Source: Acidimicrobiales bacterium
Lineage (GTDB): Bacteria > Actinomycetota > Acidimicrobiia > Acidimicrobiales > RAAP-2
Length of the DNA stretch: 64,000 nucleotides
Assembly: GCA_049521915.1 (NCBI GenBank)
Contig: JBEKOI010000007.1
Span: 2,657-66,656 of the forward strand
Direction of reading: 5' to 3'
Shown in pieces: positions 17,468 to 26,157 of this stretch (positions are counted from its first letter, which is position 1; every line of letters starts with the position of its first letter). The notes beneath the pieces were generated by a model. The model worked only from the letters and a program-made list of their open reading frames with translations, did no database searches and was not told where the DNA came from. Both the position numbers and the translations under genes were made by a program.

Positions 17468-19122
17468 TCGGGCGACGCCGAGCTCCCGTCCGGTGGTTCT
17501 GCCTGGCCCTCGTCGCCGTTGCCGGGATCGCCCTGAGCTCATGCGGCGGATCGCCTGTGGTCACATCCCCCGCATCGGCCGACCCCGCGGACGGGCCGGT
17601 CGGTCCGCTGCGGGCTCCGGGAGGCCCGTGGCTGGTGGACCGGGATGGACGGACCGTCCTGCTCCATGGGGTCGATCTGGTCTACAAGATCCCGCCCTAC
17701 GAGGTCGAGGTGAGCGGCACCGGGCGTGACGTTCTCACGCCGGCCGAGGCGCAGCGCATGGCCCAGCTCGGGTTCACCGTCGTGCGACTGGGGATCATCT
17801 GGAAGGGCCTCGAACCCGGTACCGACCCGATCGACGATCCCACCGTCTGTACGCCGGGTGCCCCTCGAGGATCCGGGTCCGGTCAGTTCGATGCCGGGAT
17901 CTTCGATGCCTACCTGGCCCGCTTGGAGGCCACGGTCTCGCTCCTGGCCAGATACGGGATCTTCTCCCTCATCGACATGCACCAGGACGTCTACAACGAG
18001 GCCTTCGGCGGTGAGGGGGCGCCGAACTGGGCGGTGTGCACCGACGGCATCACTCCCCAACCCCGACTGCACGTCGCCAACTGGAGTGTCAACTACACCG
18101 GGCCGGGGGTGGCCCAGGCCTACGGTCACTTCTGGGACAACGACGTGGTCGGGAACCTCCAGGGCGAGTTCGACACCGTATGGACGAAGATCGCCGCCCG
18201 ATTCCGGGGGAACCCGTGGGTGATCGGCTACGACCCGTTCAACGAGCCGTACGGGCCCGGCCTCGGCACCCGACCCGACAACCCGGCGTTCGATGCTCTC
18301 CTCGAGTGCTTCTACACCGGCCGGGCCCATCCGGGGTTGGACCAGGACGGCAGGCGGGTCACCTGCCCGGCCGACGATCCTGCGCAGGGCCTCATCCCTC
18401 GCATCGAGGCCGCCGACCCCACCCATCTGGTGGCCTACGAGGGCAACTACAGCACCGATTCGGGGGTGGTCAACCACATCGGGGCCATGGACTACCCGCG
18501 CCTCGTGCTCAACTTCCACGACTACTGCTTCCTCCACGTCCCCAACGGTCCGGAGCCGGCTGACTTCGCTTCCATCTGCGGACCTCTCGAACGCTTCGTC
18601 TTCACCCAGCACGACCAGGAACGGGTCAACAACTCCACACCCGAGCAGCCCGGCGGACCCGGTTGGCTGCTCACCGAGTTCGGTGCCACCACCGACACCT
18701 CGGACCTGGGTCGGATCACCTCCGGTGCGGACGCCAACCTCGTGGGGTGGATCTACTGGCAGTGGATCAACTATGACGACCCGACCGGGTCGCACTCGTC
18801 GGCACTCTGGCCTCCCCGCGCCGCCACCGCCTCCCAGCTGAACGTGCTGTCGCAGACCTACGCCTCGGCGGTTGCCGGAACGCCACTGTCCATGGGCTTC
18901 GATCCCGCCACGGCTGCCTTCGAGTTCCGCTACCGATCCGACCCGAGGATCACGGCACCCACCGTGATCGTGGTACCGGTGGCCACCCATTACCCGCACG
19001 GTTACTGTGCCCGAACAACCGGGGGGCGGGTCATCTCCCGCCCGGATGCGACCCGGATCGACGTGGATGCAGGGCCGACGGCCAGCGTGGGGACCGTGTC
19101 GATCACCGCGGGTTCGTGTTGA
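17464..19122 (+). CDS. Glycoside hydrolase family 5-like secreted lipoprotein
   Basis: GTG at 17464 overlaps the previous stop (GTGA). The signal/lipobox is VAVAGIALSSC-GGS. GFTVVRLGIIWKGLEPG...GAPNWAV...YDPFNEPYGPG resembles GH5 (endoglycoceramidase-like) enzymes. Confidence 0.75.
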   Translation: MIGRRRAPVRWFCLALVAVAGIALSSCGGSPVVTSPASADPADGPVGPLRAPGGPWLVDRDGRTVLLHGVDLVYKIPPYEVEVSGTGRDVLTPAEAQRMAQLGFTVVRLGIIWKGLEPGTDPIDDPTVCTPGAPRGSGSGQFDAGIFDAYLARLEATVSLLARYGIFSLIDMHQDVYNEAFGGEGAPNWAVCTDGITPQPRLHVANWSVNYTGPGVAQAYGHFWDNDVVGNLQGEFDTVWTKIAARFRGNPWVIGYDPFNEPYGPGLGTRPDNPAFDALLECFYTGRAHPGLDQDGRRVTCPADDPAQGLIPRIEAADPTHLVAYEGNYSTDSGVVNHIGAMDYPRLVLNFHDYCFLHVPNGPEPADFASICGPLERFVFTQHDQERVNNSTPEQPGGPGWLLTEFGATTDTSDLGRITSGADANLVGWIYWQWINYDDPTGSHSSALWPPRAATASQLNVLSQTYASAVAGTPLSMGFDPATAAFEFRYRSDPRITAPTVIVVPVATHYPHGYCARTTGGRVISRPDATRIDVDAGPTASVGTVSITAGSC

Positions 19123-19892
19123 CGGAACCGCGGCGCGACCGGCGGGAACCGCCGCGGTTCCTACCCGTGTCGGTGCAAGGGGTCGGGGCTGTGAGCGATC
19201 GCCTGATCCGGGTGACGCTGGCCGGGGCCGACCTCGAGCACCTCGCCGTCGGGCAACCGGCGGCCAGCATCCGGCTCCTGCTCCCATCGACTCCCAGCGG
19301 AGCGCTCGTCATCCCGAGCTGGAGCGGCAATGAGTTCCTGCTCCCGGACGAGCGACGACCCGTCATCCGGACCTTCACGCCTCGGCCCGTCGGGCCACGG
19401 GTCCTCGAGCTCGACATCGTCATCCACGACGGTGGGCTCGCGTCCGATTGGGCCACGGCGGCCAGCGCCGGTGACCAGGCCGCGGTCTCGGGCCCAGGCC
19501 GCGGCTACTCGATCGACGGTGACGCCGGCGACTTCTTCCTGGGCGGGGACGAGACCGCCATACCGGCCATCTGCCAGCTTCTCCAGGCGCTGCCGGCGCA
19601 GAAGTCGGTGCAGGTGCACATCGAGGTCTCCCACCCCGGAGCCCGTATCGCACTGCCCGGGCATCCGCTGGCGACCACCGAATGGCACGACCTGCCCCCT
19701 GGCGCCGCTCCCGGCGATGCGTTGATCGACGCCGTCGAGGGCGCCCGATTCGGCACCGGTGTCCGGGTCTGGGTGGCCGGGGAGGCGGCGGCGGTGCAGC
19801 GTATCCGCCGTCACCTCTTCGAGGTCCGGGGGGTGTCTCGCACCCAGGTGTCGGCGCGTGGTTATTGGAAGCACGGCCGGGCCGGTGGGTGA
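19116..19892 (+). CDS. Siderophore-interacting protein (SIP/ViuB-type FAD-binding reductase)
   Basis: RPVIRTFTPRP, LELDIVIHDGGLASDWA, FFLGGDETAIPAICQLL and WVAGEAAAVQRIRRHL...ARGYWKHGRAG are SIP family hallmarks. The start overlaps the previous stop. Confidence 0.8.
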   Translation: MLTEPRRDRREPPRFLPVSVQGVGAVSDRLIRVTLAGADLEHLAVGQPAASIRLLLPSTPSGALVIPSWSGNEFLLPDERRPVIRTFTPRPVGPRVLELDIVIHDGGLASDWATAASAGDQAAVSGPGRGYSIDGDAGDFFLGGDETAIPAICQLLQALPAQKSVQVHIEVSHPGARIALPGHPLATTEWHDLPPGAAPGDALIDAVEGARFGTGVRVWVAGEAAAVQRIRRHLFEVRGVSRTQVSARGYWKHGRAGG

Positions 19893-19902
19893 TACTGGGG
19901 CC

Positions 19903-20268
19903 GTGCTTCTCATCGATGCCGCCAACGTGGTCGGGTCTCGGCCCAACGGCTGGTGGCGGGATCGCCCGGGGGCGGCCCGGGCATTCGTCGAGCGGGTTCG
20001 TGTTGCGGTGGCGGCCGGGCGGCTGGTCGAACCGGTCGTGGTGGTCCTGGAGGGGGCTGCCCGTACCGGTGTCGAGGCGGGGGTGGCCGGCGGGGTCACC
20101 GTCCTCCATGCGCCCGGCAGCGGTGACGACACCCTCGTTTCCACCGCCGCCGGAGCCTCGGGTCAGGTGACACTCGTCTCGGCGGATCGTGCGTTGTGCC
20201 GGCGGGCCACCGACCTGGGGGCAGACGTGGTCAGACCGGGATGGCTCCTCGGTCTGCTTGACGGGTGA
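19903..20268 (+). CDS. NYN/PIN-like (YacP-type) predicted RNA-binding protein
   Basis: GTG at 19903. VLLIDAANVVGSRPNGWWRDR...VVVVLEG...VLHAPGSGDDTLV...LVSADRALCRRA matches the YacP/NYN pattern as I remember it. Confidence 0.55.
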   Translation: MLLIDAANVVGSRPNGWWRDRPGAARAFVERVRVAVAAGRLVEPVVVVLEGAARTGVEAGVAGGVTVLHAPGSGDDTLVSTAAGASGQVTLVSADRALCRRATDLGADVVRPGWLLGLLDG

Positions 20269-20311
20269 CGCCGGGCGCGCCGGTTCGTTGGGATGGAAAA
20301 GGCTCTCTAGA

Positions 20312-21565
20312 GTGGCCCACGTGGAACGAATCGACGCCGACCTGCTCATTCCGGGACGGGGCGATCCCATACGCGACGCCGCTGTCGTCATCGACGGATC
20401 TTCGATCGTCTACGTGGGTCCCCGCCAGACCGCGCCCGACGTTCGGTCCCCGGTCTCGGTCCCTTGCCTCATGCCCGGACTGTGGGACTGCCACGCGCAC
20501 TTTCTCGGTTTGCGCTCCCTCGACCTCAACGAACTGGCCCTGGTTCCGACCGCCGTTCTCGCTGCCCGTGCCGCCAAGGACGCAGAGATCGCGCTGCAGG
20601 CCGGATTTACGAGCGTCCGAGAGGCTGGCGGGCTCGGCGTTCACCTGGCCCGGGTCGTCGAGGAAGGGCTGCTGGCCGGCCCTTCGATCTACGCCCCCGG
20701 AGCCATCCTGAGCCAAACCGGTGGTCACGGAGATCTGCATGCCCTCCCACTGCCCTGGATGGGCGATCTGTGTCAGAGCGGAGGGCCGTTGGCACTGTGC
20801 GACGGCATCCCCGAGTGCCTCAAGGCGGTCCGCTCCCAACTCCGGCTCGGGGCCAAGGTCATCAAGATCTGTGCCTCCGGGGGAGTCCTGTCCCAGGTCG
20901 ACGACCCTGTGCATCAACAGTTCAGCGATGACGAGATGCGGGCCATCGTCGAGGAGGCTGGGAGGGCCGAGCGCATCGTGATGGCCCACTGCCACGGAAA
21001 GCCGGGCATCATGGCGGCGCTGCGGGCCGGTGTGCGGACCATCGAGCACGGTAGCTACCTGGACGAGGAAGCCGCGTCCGCCATGCGCGAGCTCGGAGCC
21101 GTGCTGGTACCGACCCGGTTCATCGTGGAACGCGGCCTTCAGGCGAAGGACAGCATGCCCGGCTATGCGTTCGAGAAGATGGAGGCTGTCGCCGACCGCC
21201 ACCTCGAAGCGATCCATATCGCCCACCAAGCGGGTGTCACCCTGGCCCTCGGGACCGACATCTCGACCAGTGGCCGGGAGACAGCCGTCCCGTGGGGGAT
21301 GAATGCGCGGGAGCTCGTCCATCTCGTCGATGCAGGCCTGAGCCCGCTGGAGGCGATCCGGGCCGGTACGGCCAACGGACACCTGACACTCGGGCCGCAA
21401 GCCCCGAGAGCAGGGGTGATCGAGGATGAGTGGGACGCCGATCTGATCGCCGTCGATGGTGACCCGATCGCCACCATCAGCCTGCTGGCCGACCCGGTCC
21501 ACATCACACACGTGTGGAAACGGGGCCGGCTGGTGAAGGAGCCGACTGCTCCCCGCCCCGGGTGA
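20312..21565 (+). CDS. Metal-dependent amidohydrolase
   Basis: ADLLIPGRGDPIRDAAVVIDGSSIVYVG...PGLWDCHAHF (HxH)...IKICASGG...AHCHG...IEHGSYLD...LALGTD. Confidence 0.85.
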   Translation: MAHVERIDADLLIPGRGDPIRDAAVVIDGSSIVYVGPRQTAPDVRSPVSVPCLMPGLWDCHAHFLGLRSLDLNELALVPTAVLAARAAKDAEIALQAGFTSVREAGGLGVHLARVVEEGLLAGPSIYAPGAILSQTGGHGDLHALPLPWMGDLCQSGGPLALCDGIPECLKAVRSQLRLGAKVIKICASGGVLSQVDDPVHQQFSDDEMRAIVEEAGRAERIVMAHCHGKPGIMAALRAGVRTIEHGSYLDEEAASAMRELGAVLVPTRFIVERGLQAKDSMPGYAFEKMEAVADRHLEAIHIAHQAGVTLALGTDISTSGRETAVPWGMNARELVHLVDAGLSPLEAIRAGTANGHLTLGPQAPRAGVIEDEWDADLIAVDGDPIATISLLADPVHITHVWKRGRLVKEPTAPRPG

Positions 21566-21601
21566 TCCGGCCTACCGCCGACGGGTGCAGGCTTCAGGAG
21601 G

Positions 21602-22018
21602 TCACTGACCGTGAGGCTCCGGCTGCTGGGCACGCTCCACACCCTGCTCGTCGGAGACGACCCGAAGGGCGTGGATGTCTCCACAGACGAAACTGAGTGC
21701 CAATCCCGCCGCCAACCACGAGTCCCGTCTCCCGATCGACCGCATCGCGGCCAGGCTGACGACGGTGTCGAGCGCATCGCTGGCCAAGGTGGCCCAGGTC
21801 CAACGCCGTGCATCATCTCCCACGCCCGATCGTGCCGCGGACACCGCGCCCAGGCCCAAGACGAGATCCCGGATGCCGATCGTCCTCATCAGGAGGAGGC
21901 CGGCGCCAGCCGGCGATTCGGTGCCGGCCAGGCGCATGGGCGCTCCCGGTGCGACGATCAAAGCGATCCCCACCGAGGTGCGGAGCCACCCCATCGCTTC
22001 TGAACTGATCGTGGGCAC
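21602..22018 (-). CDS. Hypothetical small membrane protein
   Basis: 138 aa with 3-4 hydrophobic segments. Two plus-strand ORFs overlap it but read as Arg/Pro-rich wrong-frame sequence. Confidence 0.45.
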   Translation of the reverse strand: MPTISSEAMGWLRTSVGIALIVAPGAPMRLAGTESPAGAGLLLMRTIGIRDLVLGLGAVSAARSGVGDDARRWTWATLASDALDTVVSLAAMRSIGRRDSWLAAGLALSFVCGDIHALRVVSDEQGVERAQQPEPHGQ

Positions 22019-22482
22019 AGCCAGAGCGTAGCCAAGCCGTCCCCACGTTCCTGAAGAAGCCGTCAGAGACGCGCGGAGCGGCGGGCGGTCGCCGCTTCCG
22101 AGAGCACCCGGACCGCCGGGGGCAGGAGGGTGTTACCATGGAGGCCAAGCAGTGCGGATGAACGTGTGCCGCCTTGTTGTGGTGAGCCTTCGATGGCTGC
22201 CACGCCCGGCCCGGTACCGCTCGCAAACATCGGCCTCGTCGATGCACCGGCGGCAGGGCACCTCTGACACGGGCCCGACCTCCACGCAGTGCTGACCAAG
22301 GGCCACCTACGTCAGAGCCGGTTGCGGTCGATCTGGCGGCACGAGCCGACCATCACCGAACACGGTGCTTTTTGGCCGACGATGGCCCGGTCATCAGCGA
22401 CCGGACCCTGAGGCACGGGGCCAGGAATCACTGGCGCCGCGCTCTCGACACAGAATCATCAATACAGACAGGAACAACGTTC

Positions 22483-22731
22483 ATGAATCATCAATCAGAA
22501 GTGCTGGCCGCACTCGATCGAAGCTGCGCCAGGCGGGTCGATGCGGAGAACCAACTGCGCTCGATTCGGGGGAGGGCCCTCAGGGCATCGCTCGCCGAAC
22601 TCGACAGCCTGCTCGCCTTCGAAGTTCGATTGGAGGCCCGGCTGACGGAAGTCCTGCATCGCAATCTCGCCGCTGCCGACAAGACGGCCGAGTCGGTGTC
22701 AACCGAAGGGGCCGCTGCGGTGTCTCAGTAG
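22483..22731 (+). CDS. Small hypothetical helical protein upstream of the ECF sigma gene
   Basis: Internal ATG at 22483 in an unusually AT-rich patch. The 82-aa product (MNHQSEVLAALDRSCARRVDAENQLRSIRGRALRASLAELDSLLAFEVRLEARL...) ends right at the sigma gene start. Confidence 0.4.
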   Translation: MNHQSEVLAALDRSCARRVDAENQLRSIRGRALRASLAELDSLLAFEVRLEARLTEVLHRNLAAADKTAESVSTEGAAAVSQ

Positions 22732-23274
22732 TTGGTGAGCATCGGAATACTCGAAGGAAGGGTCCGCGTGGACGACGGCGAGGGCATGCTGGTCGAGTTC
22801 GTCCGGGTCGAGTACCCGGTTCTCGTCGCCGCCCTCGGACTGGTGTGTGGCAGTCGGGAAGCGGCGGAGGATGCGGTGCAAGAGGCACTGGCCCGAGCAG
22901 TCGTCGCCGAGCAACGGGGTCGTCACATCGACTCGCTTCCAGCCTGGGTGCGGGTGGTGGCGTTGAACCTGCTCCGAAACCGGTGGCGATCATTGGGGAG
23001 AGAGCGGGTCGCCATCCGCCGGCTTGTGCACACGGAGACCGGTGACTCCGATGGCGGGGGGAGCAGAGAGGACGTTCTCGATCTACGCCTCGCGGTCGCC
23101 CGACTACCGCGTCGCCAACGGGAAGCTGTGGCGCTGCACTATCGACTCGGCCTGAGTGTGGCCGAGACGGCAACGGCGATGGGCGTCACCGACGGGACGG
23201 TCAAGACGTTGCTGAGCCGAGCAAGGTCGGCCTTGTCGGCCGCTCTCGGAGATGCGGAGGACGCCCGTGCCTGA
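22732..23274 (+). CDS. ECF-type RNA polymerase sigma-70 factor
   Basis: EAAEDAVQEALARAV...LPAWVRVVALNLLRNRWR (region 2) and LPRRQREAVALHYRLGLSVAETATAMGVTDGTVKTLLSRARSAL (region 4). Confidence 0.8.
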   Translation: MVSIGILEGRVRVDDGEGMLVEFVRVEYPVLVAALGLVCGSREAAEDAVQEALARAVVAEQRGRHIDSLPAWVRVVALNLLRNRWRSLGRERVAIRRLVHTETGDSDGGGSREDVLDLRLAVARLPRRQREAVALHYRLGLSVAETATAMGVTDGTVKTLLSRARSALSAALGDAEDARA

Positions 23275-23989
23275 CGATGATGCCTTCGACCCGAGCCTGG
23301 ACCGTCGATTGCGCTCAGCGCTCGAGGCTGTTGCCGCGCCGGCCGACGGCGCCGGCGTGCCCGCCTCGGTCGCCCGTCGGGTCGCCCGTCACCGGAGACG
23401 TGTCCGTTCTGCGACCGCAGCCGCCGTCGTCGTTGTTGTGGTGGGCGGGATCGCCGCCGCCAGCCTCTCATCGGTCGGCGGGGCTCGGCGCCCGGACCGG
23501 GTGTCTGCCGCCGCTCCCGCGGCCACGGCGCCGTCGAACTCGCGGGCGGCGGTCGGTTCGAACGGACCTTCCGTGCGCTCCCAGGGTCCAGCCCCCGTTC
23601 CCCCACCGTGTCCCACGGGTGCCAGTGTCCCCTCCATGGCCACCGGCAGCTACTGCGGTCCCCGGCCACCGGCAGGCAACGGCCTCGGCCCCGACGGGGA
23701 GTGCACCGGCCGCGAGACTGCGCCGCCGTGCGGACCGGGTGCGGTGCCCGGTCACTACTACGCCTACACGATGCCGGGCAGCTGCAGTGGGCTCGTCCTC
23801 TTCGACGGGCGGCGGTGGGTGTCCGAGTTGCCGCCACCGACTCCGGTGCCCGCCTTCGATGTCTGGATGCGGCTCACTTCCGGTGGGGTCCTCGGGTGGA
23901 TAAGCCCTCGGGGCGCGGTCGGCTTCCGGCCCTACACGGGCCAGCCCCTCCTGGCCTGCAGCGGTTCGTCAGGCAGGCCACCCGGTTGA
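23267..23989 (+). CDS. Single-pass membrane protein, putative anti-sigma partner with a Cys-containing extracytoplasmic domain
   Basis: GTG at 23267 overlaps the sigma stop. One TM (AAAVVVVVVGGIAAASL). The Pro-rich linker is followed by a Cys-containing C-terminal domain. No HxxxCxxC zinc anti-sigma motif is visible. Confidence 0.5.
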   Translation: MPDDDAFDPSLDRRLRSALEAVAAPADGAGVPASVARRVARHRRRVRSATAAAVVVVVVGGIAAASLSSVGGARRPDRVSAAAPAATAPSNSRAAVGSNGPSVRSQGPAPVPPPCPTGASVPSMATGSYCGPRPPAGNGLGPDGECTGRETAPPCGPGAVPGHYYAYTMPGSCSGLVLFDGRRWVSELPPPTPVPAFDVWMRLTSGGVLGWISPRGAVGFRPYTGQPLLACSGSSGRPPG

Positions 23990-24302
23990 TGAGAACCCCG
24001 AACCACGCCGAGCCCCTTCGCCCGGATGCACCCGGGCCCAGGGGTCGTCTCCCCGTAGGCACCGAGCGGAGGACCTCGCCGGCCAGAGGAAGATGGGTGG
24101 CACGGCGAGCCGCCGTCTTCGGGATGGGTGTTGTCACCGCATCGACCCTGGTGGCATGCCATCCCATCGGTAGGGTGACCTCGACCACGAGACCGCCCGC
24201 CTCTCTCCCGGCCACAGGGGTCATGCCAAGGACAAAAAATGCACGGCCGGTGCCGTCGTCGGCGGCCGGTTCATCCATCCGTTCGTCATCGGTGGCCTTC
24301 GG

Positions 24303-25061
24303 GTGGCCCCGCTCACCGGGAACCACTCGGATGCACCCCTGGACCTCGACCGGGCGGCGGCCGAGGAGTACGTCGCCGTCACCGGAGGTCTGGCCGACGG
24401 TGCGCCGGCATCCGGCAGGCAGATCGTCGGCTCTGGCCGCGTGACCCTCACCGGCGTCGCCACACCGACCGGGACGCCGGCGCTCCGTGGCCGGCCGGCC
24501 TGGATCGGCATCGTCCTCGGCCGCCCGGATGCGGGGGGCTACAACTGCCCCTTAGAAGAGGCGACGACACCCCGGGCACCGGGACGACCGCCATCCGGTG
24601 AAGGGGCCACGACTTTTCACCCCATCGACTCCGCGGTCATCTTCTACGGGGTGCGTGGCCAGGGGGCCGTGCTGTACCGGGCCGGGGGCTCCAAGCCCTG
24701 TGGGGGGTCCACCGGGCCGAAGGCCACCGTCGCCTATGCAGAGGTGCCGGTACGCTGGGTGCAGCTCGGCCCACCGGGCCTGGCCACGTCCATCGGCTAC
24801 CGGGCGCCGGTGTGCGCACAATTGTTCGGCGTGGGGACCGGCGGCAACGTCCACACCGGAGTCTTCGGCGTGAACGTGACGGTGGTGGTGCCGTTCGACC
24901 GGAGCGGTTGCGGAGCTACGAAGTGGTTCACGACGACCGTGACCGTCTTTCCGGTCGACGCCGGCCCGGGCGCGCCGCCCCCTCCGGGTCGCGTGGTCCT
25001 CCGGCACGACCCGATTCCGGCGTCGATACCACCGTCCCTCGTGGATCAGATGGCCGGGTAG
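24303..25061 (+). CDS. Hypothetical secreted protein (in-frame part only; the N-terminal lipoprotein signal appears to lie in another frame, see findings)
   Basis: The 252-aa ORF has strong G/C third-position bias from 24174 onward and no signal peptide of its own. Confidence 0.5.
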   Translation: MAPLTGNHSDAPLDLDRAAAEEYVAVTGGLADGAPASGRQIVGSGRVTLTGVATPTGTPALRGRPAWIGIVLGRPDAGGYNCPLEEATTPRAPGRPPSGEGATTFHPIDSAVIFYGVRGQGAVLYRAGGSKPCGGSTGPKATVAYAEVPVRWVQLGPPGLATSIGYRAPVCAQLFGVGTGGNVHTGVFGVNVTVVVPFDRSGCGATKWFTTTVTVFPVDAGPGAPPPPGRVVLRHDPIPASIPPSLVDQMAG

Positions 25062-25127
25062 CCGACCACTGGCAGCATCGTGGTGGCGCTCGGGCGCAAC
25101 CGACCTCTTCCGGCGATACCGTGTTCC

Positions 25128-25517
25128 ATGGCGATCGCTCGGATCGAGGTGGTCGGCGTCCTGACTCCCAGTGAGAAGCGGGATCGTCTGGACGCGGTCC
25201 ATGATGCAATCGTGACGGCCCTGCAGGTACCAAGTGACGATCCGACCGTATCGATCACCGAAATTGACCCGGGCAATGTCATACTCCCGGGCGGTGTCGG
25301 CGACCGGTACACGATGGTGGAGATCACAATGTTTGCGGGACGTTCCATCGAAACGAAGCGGGCCCTCTACACGAGTCTCTGTGCGTCGCTCACTTCCGTC
25401 GGGATTCCTCTGCCCGACGTACTGATCAACATCGTCGAGGTGCCGACCGACAATTGGGGGGTTCGGGGTGGTATTCCCGCAAGCGAAGTAGATCTCGGAT
25501 TCCAAGTGGATATCTGA
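25128..25517 (+). CDS. Tautomerase-superfamily (Tautomerase_2-like) protein
   Basis: The ATG at 25128 gives MAIARIEVVG...VHDAIVTALQVPSDDPTVSITEI...MVEITMFAGRSIETKRALY...IVEVPTDNWGVRGG, the pattern I associate with this family. Confidence 0.65.
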   Translation: MAIARIEVVGVLTPSEKRDRLDAVHDAIVTALQVPSDDPTVSITEIDPGNVILPGGVGDRYTMVEITMFAGRSIETKRALYTSLCASLTSVGIPLPDVLINIVEVPTDNWGVRGGIPASEVDLGFQVDI

Positions 25518-25568
25518 GATCGTCGGCCCGGGTGCCGCGGCCCGTTGCCGTTGCCGGTGGGCCTGCGC

Positions 25569-25985
25569 TCAATTCGTCGTCGAGATGACACTGGCGCAGT
25601 GGCTGCATTTGATGGCAGCCAGGGGCAGGTCGTCCGAAAGGCACTGCGGACACGTCTTGGTGTCCGCCGGAGGGCCGAAGACGGTGCTCCCCCGCCTCTT
25701 CATGTAGCTCCGGTAGGGCACGACCAACACGAGGTAGATCACAGCCATGAAGATGAGGAAATAGACAATTGCACCGATGAACGAACCGAGGTCGATGCGC
25801 TGCCCGTTGAGCGTCCATCCGAGGCCGAGTGATCCCGCCTTTCCCCCCTCTGCCGCATTGACCAGAGGCGTGATGATCGAATCAGTGAAGGATTTGATGA
25901 GGGTGCTGAAGGCGAGGGCCACGACGAGGCCGACGGCAATGACGATCAGCTCTCCCTGCATGAGAAAATTCTTGAGTCCCTTCAT
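25569..25985 (-). CDS. mscL: Large-conductance mechanosensitive channel MscL with an extra C-terminal CxxC-x11-CxxC tail
   Basis: MKGLKNFLMQGELIVIAVGLVVALAFSTLIKSFTDSIITPL... followed by FIGAIVYFLIFMAVIYLVLVVPY is the canonical MscL TM1/TM2 layout. The tail is TKTCPQCLSDDLPLAAIKCSHC. Confidence 0.85.
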   Translation of the reverse strand: MKGLKNFLMQGELIVIAVGLVVALAFSTLIKSFTDSIITPLVNAAEGGKAGSLGLGWTLNGQRIDLGSFIGAIVYFLIFMAVIYLVLVVPYRSYMKRRGSTVFGPPADTKTCPQCLSDDLPLAAIKCSHCASVISTTN

Positions 25986-26157
25986 GGTCTTTCCTCTCCT
26001 TTTCTGCTACCCGACGGCGGTGCCCAACCTAGTCACAATGTCCAGTCGAGGTCACCGCTCGGACGTCTCCCGAGCGGATGCCGGTGGGTTCGGCGTGCGC
26101 TCACCGAAGAAGCACAAGACATCGATGCGACGGTGTTGTGTGCCATAGTCGATTTCT

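Noticed and set aside
22063-22299. 78-aa minus-strand ORF, and possible RNA gene, in the 22.02-22.48 kb gap.
   Set aside because: The translation is featureless and Ala/Arg/Gly-rich. No tRNA, tmRNA or RNase P-like motifs were recognised. The region is left unannotated.
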